Source: Planctomycetota bacterium (GTDB lineage Bacteria > Planctomycetota > E44-bin39). From it: a stretch of DNA of 64,000 bases. The number at the start of each line of letters is the position of its first letter. Position 1 is the first letter of the stretch. Positions 1-11,078 of this stretch are shown here, one piece after another. The stretch covers positions 17,570 to 81,569 of the forward strand of contig SOJX01000009.1 in the NCBI GenBank assembly GCA_004376375.1, in the 5' to 3' direction. Below the pieces are notes generated by a model. It made no database searches. It had not been told where the DNA came from and saw nothing but the letters and a program-made list of their open reading frames with translations. Both the position numbers and the translations under genes were made by a program.

Positions 1-34
1 CAGTGCAATCGGCTTATCTGTAATACTAATCATT

Positions 35-268
35 GTGTTTGAAATAGTACTCTATAAGCTTCCTTGGACTTGGCTCAGGGACCATTCTAATAGTTATGCC
101 CTACAGGCCGGGGTTTCCTTTGGAGTTGTATCGTTCATGTTGGGTTTGTTTCGGCCTCGTTGGCGTAAGGTATGTTGGCTGATTTTTCTTTTCGGAATCA
201 TTGTTGTTATTATATCACTACTTGGTGGGCCAAATAGTGCTGTTACCCCCATACCCAAGGGTCCATAA
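35..268 (+). CDS. small hypothetical protein with two hydrophobic segments; stop overlaps hsdR start (TAAATG)
   Basis: 77-aa ORF with hydrophobic stretches VSFGVVSFMLGLF and WLIFLFGIIVVIISLL. No recognisable domain. Could be partial or spurious. Confidence 0.3.
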   Translation: MFEIVLYKLPWTWLRDHSNSYALQAGVSFGVVSFMLGLFRPRWRKVCWLIFLFGIIVVIISLLGGPNSAVTPIPKGP

Positions 269-3200
269 ATGACCTTCATCAACGAAAACACTGTCGAGCA
301 GGCGACGCTGGATTATTTCCGAGCGCTCGGTTACGAAATCCTGTACGGGCCTGATATCGGACCGGGCGAACTGCACGCGGAACGGAACGATTGGGGCGAG
401 GTCGTCCTTGCCGGACGTTTGCGGTCCGCGCTTGAGCGTATCAACCCGGACATACCAGCCGATGCAATCGAGGACGCTATACGGAAGCTGCTTCGTACTG
501 AAAGCCCAAGCCTGTATGAGAACAACCACGCATTCCACAAGTTCCTGACCAATGGCGTGCCGGTCGAGTTCCACGCGGACGGCAGAATCAAGCACGATGA
601 TGTCAAGCTGGTAGATTTCAAGGATACTGGTAACAACGACTGGCTGGCCGTCAACCAGTTTACTGTCATCGAGGACAAGAGGAACCGCCGCCCCGATGTG
701 GTGGTATTTGTGAACGGTCTGCCGCTTGCCGTAATCGAACTCAAGAACCCGGCCGACGAGGAAGCCACGATAGAAAAGGCATACAACCAGCTTCAGACAT
801 ACAAAAACGACATACCGGGCCTCTTCCACTTCAACGAATGCCTTATTCTATCCGATGGCATGGAAGCCAGAGCGGGAACATTGACCTCCAACTGGGAATG
901 GTTTATGCCGTGGCGGACCGTCGAGGGCGACGACGTAGCGCCGAAAGGCTCGGTCGAGCTTTCCGTGCTGATAAACGGCATGTTCGAGAAGAGCCGCTTC
1001 CTCGACCTTGTGTGCAACTTCAACGTGTTCGAGGTGGATGGCTCCAGCATTGTCAAGAAAATGGCGGGCTATCACCAGTACCACGCCGTCAATAAGGCTA
1101 TCGAATGCACGGTAAAGGCGTCGTCGCCGAAAGGTGATAAACGTATAGGCGTTGTATGGCATACACAGGGGAGCGGCAAAAGCCTGTCAATGGCGTTCTA
1201 CGCGGGCAAGATTATCCAGCATCCCGCAATGGAGAACCCGACGCTGGTAGTAATAACGGACAGGAACGACCTCGACGAGCAATTACACGGTACGTTCTGC
1301 GACTGCCACGAACTGCTGAGACAAGAGCCGGTGCAGGCGGAATCACGCGACCATGTACGCGAGCTTCTGAAAGTCGCCTCCGGTGGCGTCGTATTCACTA
1401 CGGCGCAGAAATTCTTCCCGGATGAGAAAGGCGACCCGCACCCGCTATTGTCCGACAGGCGGAATATTGTTGTCATCGCGGACGAAGCGCACCGCAGCCA
1501 GTACGGTTTCATAAAGGGTTTTGCAAAGCATATCCGGGAAGCGTTACCGAACGCCTCGTTTATCGGCTTCACGGGAACACCGATTGAATCCACGGACAGG
1601 AGCACCCCGGCTGTCTTTGGCGATTACATAGACATATACGATATCGAACGCGCGGTACTGGACGGGGCCACGGTCAAGATTTTCTACACGGGACGGCTTG
1701 CACGAATCGAGATTGACGAGGCGGAACGCCCGCATATCGACCCGGACTTCGAGGAAGTGACCGAAAGCGAAGAAGCGGAAAAGAAGGAGAAGCTGAAGTC
1801 CAAATGGTCACAGCTTGAGAAAGTCGTCGGTACGCAGAAGCGTATCAACCTGATTGCGGAAGATATTGTAAATCACTTCGACGACCGCCTGTCCGTCATG
1901 GACGGAAAGGGCATGATTGTCTGCATGAGCCGCCGGATATGCGTTGACTTGTATAATGCGATAATAAAACTGTGCCCGGAGTGGCATGACGGGGACGATA
2001 AGAAGGGTTATATCAAAGTCGTGATAACCGGCTCCGCGTCCGATCCGGCAGACTGGCAGCAACATGTCCGCAATAAGATGCGACGAAAAGCGCTGGCCAA
2101 GCGGTTCAAGGACGAGAAAGACTCGATGAAGCTGGTCATCGTCTGTGACATGTGGCTTACCGGCTTTGACGTGCCGTGCCTCCATACGATGTACGTTGAC
2201 AAACCGATGCGCGGTCATGGGCTAATGCAGGCTATAGCGAGAGTAAACCGCGTATTCAGGGACAAGCCGGGTGGCCTTGTCGTGGATTATATCGGCCTTG
2301 CCGACCAGTTGAAGAAGGCGATGCACGAGTACACCGAGAGCGGCGGCAAGGGTGAAACGACGATTGACCAGGAGCAGGTCGTCGCCGTGCTGCTGGAGAA
2401 ATACGAAATCATCAAGGCCATGTTCCACGGGTTCGACTACTCGGTATACTTCCGCGCAAAGGAAACCGCCCAGATGCAGGTTATGGCGAACGCGATACAG
2501 CACATACTGGAAATTGACGAAGGTAAGAACCGCCTCATATCTGCGGTGACTGATATGTCACATGCGTTTGCGCTTTCCGTTCCGCATGATAAAGCGCTTG
2601 CTATACGGGACGAGGTCGGATTCTTTCAGGCGGTAAAGGCCGCCATAATGAAGCGGCTTGTCACCGGCGGAACGCCGCAGGCAAAACTTGACGCAGCAAT
2701 TCGGCAGATAATATCAAAGGCCGTGGTGTCGGATGAGGTTGTGGATATCTTCGACGCCGTGGGGCTGAAGAAGCCAGACATTTCTATATTGTCCGACGAA
2801 TTCCTTGAGGAAGTAAAACATTTACCGCAGAAGACCCTTGCCGTAGAACTCCTGAACCGGTTGCTGAAGGACGAGGTGAAATCCCGGCGCAGGAAAAACG
2901 TCGTGCAGGCGCGGTCGTTTACCGAGCTTCTGGAAAAGACGATACTGCGCTACCAGAACCGGACGATAGAGACTGCCAAAGTCATCGAGGAGCTTATTGG
3001 TCTTGCAAAGGATATGCGGGAAGCGCACAAACGCGGTGGAAAGCTGGGCCTGAAAGAGGATGAGCTTGCGTTTTACGACGCGCTTGAGGTGAACGACAGC
3101 GCCGTCATGGAACTTGGGGACGATGTGCTGAAAACCATCGCCCGCGAACTTGTACAGACCATCCGCGATAACTGGGCGATTGACTGGACCATGAAGGAAA

Positions 3201-3334
3201 ACGTCCGCGCTAAGATGCGCTCGATGGTGAAACGCTTGCTCCGTAAATACAAATACCCGCCGGACAAGCAGGAGAAAGCGACGCAGACCGTGCTCGAACA
3301 GGCGGAACTCCTATGCAAAGACCTAGCGGCGTAA
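269..3334 (+). CDS. hsdR: Type I restriction enzyme R (restriction/translocase) subunit
   Basis: 1021 aa. N-terminal nuclease motif D-x-ELK ([20 protein letters not shown]). Walker A TQGSGKS and DEAH box [10 protein letters not shown]. Helicase motif VI region QAIARVNR. Long C-terminal helical region typical of HsdR. Confidence 0.9.
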   Translation: MTFINENTVEQATLDYFRALGYEILYGPDIGPGELHAERNDWGEVVLAGRLRSALERINPDIPADAIEDAIRKLLRTESPSLYENNHAFHKFLTNGVPVEFHADGRIKHDDVKLVDFKDTGNNDWLAVNQFTVIEDKRNRRPDVVVFVNGLPLAVIELKNPADEEATIEKAYNQLQTYKNDIPGLFHFNECLILSDGMEARAGTLTSNWEWFMPWRTVEGDDVAPKGSVELSVLINGMFEKSRFLDLVCNFNVFEVDGSSIVKKMAGYHQYHAVNKAIECTVKASSPKGDKRIGVVWHTQGSGKSLSMAFYAGKIIQHPAMENPTLVVITDRNDLDEQLHGTFCDCHELLRQEPVQAESRDHVRELLKVASGGVVFTTAQKFFPDEKGDPHPLLSDRRNIVVIADEAHRSQYGFIKGFAKHIREALPNASFIGFTGTPIESTDRSTPAVFGDYIDIYDIERAVLDGATVKIFYTGRLARIEIDEAERPHIDPDFEEVTESEEAEKKEKLKSKWSQLEKVVGTQKRINLIAEDIVNHFDDRLSVMDGKGMIVCMSRRICVDLYNAIIKLCPEWHDGDDKKGYIKVVITGSASDPADWQQHVRNKMRRKALAKRFKDEKDSMKLVIVCDMWLTGFDVPCLHTMYVDKPMRGHGLMQAIARVNRVFRDKPGGLVVDYIGLADQLKKAMHEYTESGGKGETTIDQEQVVAVLLEKYEIIKAMFHGFDYSVYFRAKETAQMQVMANAIQHILEIDEGKNRLISAVTDMSHAFALSVPHDKALAIRDEVGFFQAVKAAIMKRLVTGGTPQAKLDAAIRQIISKAVVSDEVVDIFDAVGLKKPDISILSDEFLEEVKHLPQKTLAVELLNRLLKDEVKSRRRKNVVQARSFTELLEKTILRYQNRTIETAKVIEELIGLAKDMREAHKRGGKLGLKEDELAFYDALEVNDSAVMELGDDVLKTIARELVQTIRDNWAIDWTMKENVRAKMRSMVKRLLRKYKYPPDKQEKATQTVLEQAELLCKDLAA

Positions 3335-3604
3335 ACAGGTAAAGTGGCTTGAAAGATTATCACGAGGAAAACTACATCTTCTGCGATAAACCAGTAGGCG
3401 AAAATCCTCCTGACGAACACACATTTCCACAGAATATCTATGGTGTATGGATTACGCATGATGTATACGGTTCATGTAACAGCCGGTTAGGCCACGAGAT
3501 TGATACCCAATTATTGAAGTATCCGCCGGTTACTGAACCGCCCTGGAGATCGGCTTTGGGCAATTGCGGTCTGCGTCCCTAGAATACCGTGGAAGGGAAA
3601 CGGC

Positions 3605-4792
3605 ATGGACTATGTCAATGGCGTCTTCAAAAAAGAAAGGGACTACATTGAGAATGGGACGACGCTTCTCATCTTTCAGTTAGCGTGTCGGGAGGCACTG
3701 CGCCACGATCTAGTAGGAACGGTCGCATTCAAGCAAGGACTATATAGGTTTGTTCCGGATTGGAAAGACAGAGGAGATAAAGCCTACGAGGCACGCAAGA
3801 ACCGCATACTAGGGCTTTTCCAAGCGTGTTTCGGGAGCGTCGACAAGAACGTGGTAAAGCGAGCCGCCAAGATGCTTGCGGATACAATTGGCTACTGCGG
3901 CGGCCACTTTGACGGATGGGCCTTGGCTGAAAGACTCATCAGCCCCAAAGCACTACGGGAATGCCTCGATGCCGTTTTCTCAGAGGAACCGATCTCCGAG
4001 GTAAAGATACTTCTTCGCAAGCATCGCGGAAAGGTAAGAGGATTCACCTTGGCCGGTTTTTCCGAGCTATGTTACCTGTGTCGCGACGACCTGTTTCCTG
4101 TCATCAACAGGCGTGTGACAATCCCGAAGGCATTGCTGAGGCAACTGAAAAGGAAGTGCTTTATCTCCCAAAACAATTATCAGGGCTATCCATACTTAGC
4201 TGAAGTATTGGAAGGATTCCTGGACGAACTCAGATTTCCCAAGGGACGCGACCAGCATAGGTTTGGATATGTTGACCGCTATTTCAGACACAGAGATAAT
4301 GACCGTACCGTAAGGGCATCTGCCAGGAAAGCGTTCTACAAAGAGCTCGCTAAATTCGTTGATAGCCTTCCTGATCGTCCGCCAGCCGTACGTATCGCCA
4401 GAACCATCTGCCCTACTGACCTAGAGATTGAAGGAGGTACAAACCTAGCCACGCATCGTAGGAAAGAGCGAAAATCAGCGAACCGTCAAGCATATCTGAA
4501 CGCCACAAGTAACCCATACCGCTGCAAGATCTGCCACGTTGACCTTGCCGAGGAATATAGCCTAGAAGACGACTACGGCGTGATTGAAGTGCACCACAAG
4601 AGGTTGTTGAAATCTGTTCACAAACCGAATCTTGATGAACTAGTCGGGCTGTGTCCGAATTGCCATGTAATGCTACACAGACACATAGCTGCGTACCTGA
4701 GAAAGAAAGGGCGCAAGGATTTCGCGAGCAAGAAAGAGGCGTTCAAGGTGCACGATGAATTCGTAGGTCACTGTCAGAGGCTATGGCGATGA
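3605..4792 (+). CDS. HNH endonuclease domain protein (unknown N-terminal region, C-terminal HNH)
   Basis: 395 aa. C-terminus CKICHVDL...VIEVHHKRLLKS...CPNCHVMLH matches the CxxC...HH...N...CxxC...H HNH zinc-finger nuclease signature. Confidence 0.7.
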   Translation: MDYVNGVFKKERDYIENGTTLLIFQLACREALRHDLVGTVAFKQGLYRFVPDWKDRGDKAYEARKNRILGLFQACFGSVDKNVVKRAAKMLADTIGYCGGHFDGWALAERLISPKALRECLDAVFSEEPISEVKILLRKHRGKVRGFTLAGFSELCYLCRDDLFPVINRRVTIPKALLRQLKRKCFISQNNYQGYPYLAEVLEGFLDELRFPKGRDQHRFGYVDRYFRHRDNDRTVRASARKAFYKELAKFVDSLPDRPPAVRIARTICPTDLEIEGGTNLATHRRKERKSANRQAYLNATSNPYRCKICHVDLAEEYSLEDDYGVIEVHHKRLLKSVHKPNLDELVGLCPNCHVMLHRHIAAYLRKKGRKDFASKKEAFKVHDEFVGHCQRLWR

Positions 4793-4815
4793 CTCCAGGT
4801 TTATTCCGGATTTCG

Positions 4816-4842
4816 GGGCACCGACCGCAATATGCGGTGCCC
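4816..4842 (+). terminator. GC-rich hairpin downstream of the HNH gene (8-bp stem GGGCACCG / CGGTGCCC, 11-nt loop) with no clear U-tract
   Basis: Inverted repeat seen directly after the stop at 4792. The absent T-run weakens a terminator assignment. Confidence 0.3.
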
Positions 4843-5191
4843 TATCGCCTTCCGTTCCCCCCTCCCGGGCGGCTTGCTCTCTGCCTTCGGTTAGAGCCGT
4901 TGCGGATAAACATTTTCAGGCCTTAGCCGTCTGGACTGAAACTGACTGACCAGACCATATCTCCGTGCCAGCGGAGTGTGGGCAACTCATTTCCTGTTTG
5001 ACATCGTCCTGTGCCAGTGGTTGGCTGCATCGCTAAGAACTTAAGCGACCTTGAAAATATTTACGTTCCACGTAAAAAAGGCTGGACGTTAGTTTAAAAT
5101 CAACATATGATAGAAGGTTGATAACATGTAGTTTTCCTGGAAGAAACGGGGAAGACCTTTCTTTTATATCCAATAAAGTCTGTAGGAGACG

Positions 5192-7555
5192 ATGATGGGC
5201 GATTTATTCGTGCTTATCATTATCATCGTATTTATTGTTGGTATAGTAAAAATTATACAATTTGTACTGGCATTAAAAGAAAAAGCCAAATCTGTCTTTA
5301 CCAAATCACGACATCGTCACCGTTCAGGAATATCAATCGAATTAGGCTCTGGCAGTACACGGGCCAGATTCAGGAATAGACAAGTCAGTCGCCCAATTAA
5401 GTCCGACATGAGATGGATTGGGCTAAATGACGAAATCACTATTCGAACATACAAGATTAACGACCCGCTTACTTATGTTTCTAAATCAAAACCACCGTCC
5501 TCTCACGAATGGATTTCATATGGCGATTTTGAAGAAGATGAAGCATCGTGCATATATACTTCCCTTAAAGTGGGCAGACCTGTTTATGAACCTCCAGGTG
5601 CACTAGGATACTGGCCCAAATACGCCCAGATTTCAGCGGACCAACGGGCAAACTACCTGAGATGGCTAGCCAATGGCAGAAATGACGAACTTGAAGACAT
5701 CGGTTATGCTTTTATATTCTTCTATGGCCTTGAACGGCGTTTATTGGTTGAGAAAAAAGATTTTAGAATCATTATGGGTGAAGTTGTCAGACTGCTGGAT
5801 CGATATACCCATTCTGGTTCGTTCACCGGCTATTTGGCCAGATTTCTTACCTACGTTGCTGCTAAGTATGGACTTGACAAGATTGATGATCCGCTTTTCT
5901 GGATCATTTTTGAAAAATCTCCTGCGCGACGTACAGAAGAAGGTCTTTCGGTGGCGCTTGCATGGATGCATATACATGGTCATCCATTAAGCACAAGTTG
6001 GGCAATGGATGTTGCCCGCATGGACCCCCGGTCTCCGAGAAGCGTTGTAACAAAACGAATCCCAGGCGAATTTAAGAAACTTTTTGATATCAAGTACAAG
6101 GAAAAATATGGCAAAGGATTAGTATTAAAAGCTTCAAAGATTGAGAGGAAACTTGAATATCATCCGGCAAGTCCTTCCCTTGGGACTCTACATAGCGACT
6201 ACGACGATGAATCCGCTGTAATTCAACCTATTCGCATTCCGAATATTATGGGTATTCAAAGCCAATTTAAGGAGTTGGTAGAAATCTGGACTGAGTGTAT
6301 CGACGAGTTGAAACCTCTTGCTCGTAAAGTCGGCAAGGGGATGGATGTTGATACACGGGAAGCCTTTGAAGCCCTTCCAGATGACCTGAGAAAAGAATTG
6401 GATCACCCCGATCACGACAAATGGGAACACCTTGCTCAGGCTAACATGCGCGAGGATGGTGTGGTCTTATTGAGTGTTTCCGACTTGGCAAAGTTGAAAG
6501 AAATTGGCAAACGGGATCGATTGACCAAGAAGCAAGGTGAAAGTATTGCAGAAACAGCCGAGTACATTGGATATGTAATTGAACCTGATATTAGATTAAC
6601 TAATCGCACATATAAATGGGATGATAAAGTCTGCCTGTTGAGGCCGGATATACCTGATAAAATCCTGGATTGCCCTCGATATCTAGGTTCCGCTATAATA
6701 CTTGAATTGGGAATGGCAATTGCGGCGGCAGATGGCGTGATTGAAGATGAGGAGGTTTCACATATAGTAAGTTTTCTGGAAGGGCGGTTTATGCTGGATA
6801 CCAACGAGGAACAGAGAATAAAGGCGTTGAAAGAAGTACTGGTTGCGTCACCTCCTTCCATGAATGGTGTTGCGAGACGATTGCAGAAGGCACTGAAGCC
6901 GGATCAGCTGGAAAAGGTCGGGACATTCCTTGTTGGTGTCGCAGCTGCTGACGGTATTATTGACAAAAATGAGATAAATATACTTAAGAAAGCTTATAAG
7001 GCGTTAGGCCTAACCAATGACAAGCTGAATGAAGTTCTTGATTCCATTGTTATAGCTCCTGATGCACCTGTGGAGGTTCAGCGCGGCAGGAAACGTGACC
7101 GAAAGGGTGAGCTAATCCCTGCACGGAAGGAGAAAGAAGAATTTATAGAAGTAATATTGGATGAAAACAGGATACGTGAAATTCTTGAGGATACCAGAGA
7201 GGTATCGGATATATTGAGCGCTGTCTTCCAAGAAGAGGATTTTGGATTGCCAGAGGGGCAGGAAAATGCTGCTCAGGAACCGGCTCAATGTTTAGAACCA
7301 GCGACAGATCCTCGTTTTGAGGATCTTGATTCCAGATTCCACTCTTTCCTGTGTGAAGTACTTACGAAGGAAGAGTGGGATAGTGATGAATTCACAAATC
7401 TCGCCCGTTCTTATAATCTTATGCCTTCGGGAGCAATTGAGAAAATCAATGAATGGGCTGAGCAAAAATATGACGATCTTCTAATGGAAGAAAGCGATAA
7501 GATTTATATCAACAAGGATATTCTGCCGGAGCACGAAAATGTCAAACAAAATTAG
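5192..7555 (+). CDS. Membrane-anchored protein with two TerB-like repeats (TerB-N/TerB-C type architecture suspected)
   Basis: 787 aa. N-terminal TM helix LFVLIIIIVFIVGIVKIIQFVLAL. Two internal repeats with the TerB signature A(A)ADG-I-x-E (LGMAIAAADGVIEDEEVSHIV and LVGVAAADGIIDKNEINILKKAY). RBS GGAG 8 nt upstream. GC about 41%, lower than its flanks. Confidence 0.6.
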   Translation: MMGDLFVLIIIIVFIVGIVKIIQFVLALKEKAKSVFTKSRHRHRSGISIELGSGSTRARFRNRQVSRPIKSDMRWIGLNDEITIRTYKINDPLTYVSKSKPPSSHEWISYGDFEEDEASCIYTSLKVGRPVYEPPGALGYWPKYAQISADQRANYLRWLANGRNDELEDIGYAFIFFYGLERRLLVEKKDFRIIMGEVVRLLDRYTHSGSFTGYLARFLTYVAAKYGLDKIDDPLFWIIFEKSPARRTEEGLSVALAWMHIHGHPLSTSWAMDVARMDPRSPRSVVTKRIPGEFKKLFDIKYKEKYGKGLVLKASKIERKLEYHPASPSLGTLHSDYDDESAVIQPIRIPNIMGIQSQFKELVEIWTECIDELKPLARKVGKGMDVDTREAFEALPDDLRKELDHPDHDKWEHLAQANMREDGVVLLSVSDLAKLKEIGKRDRLTKKQGESIAETAEYIGYVIEPDIRLTNRTYKWDDKVCLLRPDIPDKILDCPRYLGSAIILELGMAIAAADGVIEDEEVSHIVSFLEGRFMLDTNEEQRIKALKEVLVASPPSMNGVARRLQKALKPDQLEKVGTFLVGVAAADGIIDKNEINILKKAYKALGLTNDKLNEVLDSIVIAPDAPVEVQRGRKRDRKGELIPARKEKEEFIEVILDENRIREILEDTREVSDILSAVFQEEDFGLPEGQENAAQEPAQCLEPATDPRFEDLDSRFHSFLCEVLTKEEWDSDEFTNLARSYNLMPSGAIEKINEWAEQKYDDLLMEESDKIYINKDILPEHENVKQN

Positions 7556-8861
7556 GCGCAGAGAGCGCACCGCTATTATCCAATCGCTGCAGGCCGGTGT
7601 CGTACCGAGGGTCGGGCTGCAACACATCCAGGTCGGGAGGCTAGAGGAAGTTGAAGCAGTATTGCGCGATCTTGAAAACATAAAGGAAGGCGGAGCTTCT
7701 ATAAGATTTATAATCGGACGTTTTGGATCGGGTAAAAGCTTTTTTCTGAACCTTGCAAGAATCGTTGCCCTTGAGCAGAAATTCGTTGTCGTTCAGGCAG
7801 ATATCACACTTGAGCGCAGACTTCATGCTTCCGATGGCAAAGCCAGGAATCTTTACTCTGAGCTAATGCAGAATATGGCAACCCGCTCTAAACCAGCTGG
7901 AGGAGCACTGGCAAGTGTAATTGAAAGATGGGTTTCAGATATTGATTATTCTGTTAGGGACTCTGGAGGAGATGAAGAAGATGTTTCTGATGCTATTCAT
8001 GAGAAGCTGAAGCCGCTTCAGGAGTATGTCAGTGGCTACGATTTTGCTGAGGTTATCTCAAGATATGTTGAAGGATTCCATAAAAGTGACGATCAACTGG
8101 TAAGTTCCGCGATTCGCTGGCTTAAAGGTGAATATGGGACTAAAACCGAGGCCAGGCAAGATTTGGGTGTCCGATCAGTAATTACGGATAAGAATATCTA
8201 TGATTACTTAAAGCTTATGGGCAGATTTATCCAGCTTGCTGGATATAACGGCCTGCTTGTGAACATTGATGAAATGGGGGTCTTGTCACACAGGCTAAAT
8301 CATTCAACCTCAAGAAATAACAACTACGAAAAGCTACTGGCTATTGTGAATGATTGTCTTCAGGGTAACGTAACAGGCATTGGATTTATTTTTGCCGGGA
8401 CGGATGCTTTCCTTGAAGACAAAAGACGCGGTCTTTACTCCTATGAAGCTCTGGCAACCAGACTTGCCGAAAATACTTTTGCCGTAGATGGATTGAAGGA
8501 TTTCTCCAGCCCCATTATAAGACTTGAAAACCTTTCACCTGAAGACTTATTTGTGCTGCTCTGTAATATTCGAAGTGTTTTTGCATCTGATGATTCCGGG
8601 AAACACATAGTTCCTGATGATGCATTAAAAGCCTTTATGCAGCATTGCTCAAATACTTTGGGAGCGGCTTTTTATAGAACTCCAAGGGACACCGTCAAAT
8701 CATTTGTCGGACTGCTTTCTGTACTTGAGCAGAATCCTGGAGCTGACTGGAGAAACCTTCTCAAAGGAGTAACGATCAAAAGTGATCCGACCCCTGAGTC
8801 CGGGGAAAATACTTGTCCAACCGACGGTGATTCCGACGATTTGGCAAAATTCCAACTGTAA
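7539..8861 (+). CDS. P-loop ATPase, BrxD/DUF2791-like
   Basis: 440 aa. Walker A GRFGSGKS and Walker B LLVNIDEMG. Overlaps the upstream gene by 17 nt. Size and partnership with an Lhr-like helicase resemble BREX BrxD. Confidence 0.6.
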   Translation: MSNKIRRRERTAIIQSLQAGVVPRVGLQHIQVGRLEEVEAVLRDLENIKEGGASIRFIIGRFGSGKSFFLNLARIVALEQKFVVVQADITLERRLHASDGKARNLYSELMQNMATRSKPAGGALASVIERWVSDIDYSVRDSGGDEEDVSDAIHEKLKPLQEYVSGYDFAEVISRYVEGFHKSDDQLVSSAIRWLKGEYGTKTEARQDLGVRSVITDKNIYDYLKLMGRFIQLAGYNGLLVNIDEMGVLSHRLNHSTSRNNNYEKLLAIVNDCLQGNVTGIGFIFAGTDAFLEDKRRGLYSYEALATRLAENTFAVDGLKDFSSPIIRLENLSPEDLFVLLCNIRSVFASDDSGKHIVPDDALKAFMQHCSNTLGAAFYRTPRDTVKSFVGLLSVLEQNPGADWRNLLKGVTIKSDPTPESGENTCPTDGDSDDLAKFQL

Positions 8862-8870
8862 ATCACAATA

Positions 8871-11078
8871 ATGGACCATAACGAGGACATTCCGGCTTTC
8901 GAACTTCTCAATCCTAAGATACAGGAACAGCTCTATAAAATGAGATGGGAGGAGTTGCACCCCATCCAGGTCGATGCGATTAAGGAAGTTATTCTCGGCA
9001 ACAATCACATTGTAATCTCCTCGCGGACGGCAGGAGGAAAAACCGAAGCAGCGTTTCTTCCCATTCTCTCAAAATTAATTGACAGGAAAGAATCGGGAAT
9101 TGGCGCGGTTTATGTCGGTCCGCTTAAGGCATTGATTAACGACCAGTTCATGAGGCTTGAAGAACTTTGCAGAAGAACTGAAATCGCGGTTCATAAATGG
9201 CACGGTGATGTAACGGCATCCAAGAAGCGAGCACTGTTAAAGAATCCGTCGGGAGTCCTTCTCATAACTCCTGAATCTATCGAATCCATTTTTATCAATA
9301 AATCCCAGCACCTTCATAAGTTTTTTTCAAACTTGCCGTATATTGTTATTGATGAATTGCATTCTTTTATCGGAACCGAAAGAGGCGCTCATCTTCAGAG
9401 CCTATTGGCCAGAATAAACCAGGTAAATAAGAAACAGCCAAAACTGATCGGGCTCTCCGCGACTCTCGGTGATGTTGAGTTGGCTGGAAAGTGGATGTGC
9501 AAGCCGGTTGAAGGTTGCGCAATCTCAATTTCCGACGCAAGTGAAACTAAAACAGTTCATTATCTTGTCCAGGGTTATCTCAGGATCAAGGAGAAATTGA
9601 CGAAACTTGGGCACAATGAATATGCGAATCATGAAGGCACGGGAAATGCGGCTGATATGAATCTGACGGAAGATATTATTAAATCTTTCGCCAATCGAAC
9701 ATCACTTATTTTCGGAAACAGTAAGTCTTACCTAGAGGAAAAAGCTGACCTGGTCAACCGGATAATGCAAAGAAGGAAGCTTCCGAATTCCTTTGGAATA
9801 CATCACGGCTCACTCGGCAAGATTCAGAGGGAAGAAACTGAAGAAGAACTCAAGTCGAACAGACCGATCAGCGTTTTTTGCTCAAGTACGCTTGAAATGG
9901 GAATAGATGTCGGTGATGTTTCCATTGTAGGGCAACTCGGGCCTCCCTGGTCCGTGAACTCGCTGATTCAGAGACTTGGCCGGAGCGGTCGCAAAGATGA
10001 TGATCCCCAGGTAATGAGGGTATTTATTGAAGAGCTTGAAGCTAGGGATAGCTCATCGATATTACAACGCCTTCATCGTGGCCTGCTTCAAACGGTCGCA
10101 ATGAGTGAACTCATGCTGCAAAAATGGTGCGAACCTCCAGAAATTGATCGTCTGCACCTGTCAACAATGGTTCATCAGATATTGAGCATCATTGCTGAGA
10201 AAGGAGGCACTTATGCAAACCAGCTGTTCGAATCTCTAATTGCCAGAGGAACTTTTTCCAATGTTGACAAGAAAAGCTACAAATCAGTTTTGAAATCACT
10301 CGGAGAAAAAGACGTTATCGAACAAACACCTGAAAAATTACTAATATTGGGACTAAACGGTGAGAGAATTGTCAGAAACTTTGAATTCTATGCCGCCTTT
10401 AAGACTCCCGAAGAATTTAGTGTAATACACAGAGAAAAGACAATAGGTACAATCGTACCAGACCCTTCATTGGAAATAGGCAGCTACCTCATTCTTGCCG
10501 CCAGACGTTGGCAAGTTACAGACATTATTCCAAAACGGAAACAAGTTTTTGTAATGCCCGCAAAAGGTAAAAAATTGCCAATATTTGGAGGAGGATTAGG
10601 ACCTGACGTGCACCCATTTGTTCGAATGAAGATGTATGATATGTTGTTCGATGATAACGTACCCAGATACCTGAACCAAAAAGCAGCGGAACTCCTATTA
10701 GCTTCAAGAGTTTCCGCCAATGAAGCTATGCTTGACGTCGAACAATTCATAAAAGAAGGCAAAGATACGATCTGGTTCACCTGGACGGGAAGTAGAATAA
10801 ACAGAACATTAATGGCTCTCGGCAGTTATTTTTCTGGAATGAATGTTGATGATGAAGGCATTGCTTTGGTTTTTAAAGGGGTATCAGAAAGCGAAATAAA
10901 GGCAGCATATAAATCGTTTTTGCATCAGCATCCGACTCGATTTGAAATAGCAATGAAGTTTCCTGTTCTTGATTTTGAAAAATTTGACGAACTGCTTTCT
11001 AAAGAACTAACGGCAAAAGCCTTTGCTAAAAACTATCTCAACCTTTCTGGTGCTTTAGAGGTAATCAAGAAACTATAA
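8871..11078 (+). CDS. Lhr-like DEAD/DEAH-box SF2 helicase
   Basis: 735 aa. Q motif LHPIQ, motif I SSRTAGGKTEAAF, motif II VIDELHSF, motif III SATLG, motif VI QRLGRSGRKD. Starts 10 nt after the ATPase gene. Confidence 0.8.
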   Translation: MDHNEDIPAFELLNPKIQEQLYKMRWEELHPIQVDAIKEVILGNNHIVISSRTAGGKTEAAFLPILSKLIDRKESGIGAVYVGPLKALINDQFMRLEELCRRTEIAVHKWHGDVTASKKRALLKNPSGVLLITPESIESIFINKSQHLHKFFSNLPYIVIDELHSFIGTERGAHLQSLLARINQVNKKQPKLIGLSATLGDVELAGKWMCKPVEGCAISISDASETKTVHYLVQGYLRIKEKLTKLGHNEYANHEGTGNAADMNLTEDIIKSFANRTSLIFGNSKSYLEEKADLVNRIMQRRKLPNSFGIHHGSLGKIQREETEEELKSNRPISVFCSSTLEMGIDVGDVSIVGQLGPPWSVNSLIQRLGRSGRKDDDPQVMRVFIEELEARDSSSILQRLHRGLLQTVAMSELMLQKWCEPPEIDRLHLSTMVHQILSIIAEKGGTYANQLFESLIARGTFSNVDKKSYKSVLKSLGEKDVIEQTPEKLLILGLNGERIVRNFEFYAAFKTPEEFSVIHREKTIGTIVPDPSLEIGSYLILAARRWQVTDIIPKRKQVFVMPAKGKKLPIFGGGLGPDVHPFVRMKMYDMLFDDNVPRYLNQKAAELLLASRVSANEAMLDVEQFIKEGKDTIWFTWTGSRINRTLMALGSYFSGMNVDDEGIALVFKGVSESEIKAAYKSFLHQHPTRFEIAMKFPVLDFEKFDELLSKELTAKAFAKNYLNLSGALEVIKKL

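Noticed and set aside
3349-3582. 77-aa ORF between hsdR and the HNH gene
   Set aside because: Begins with TTG, has no convincing SD, a Cys/His-poor random-looking composition, and lies in the hsdR 3' region.
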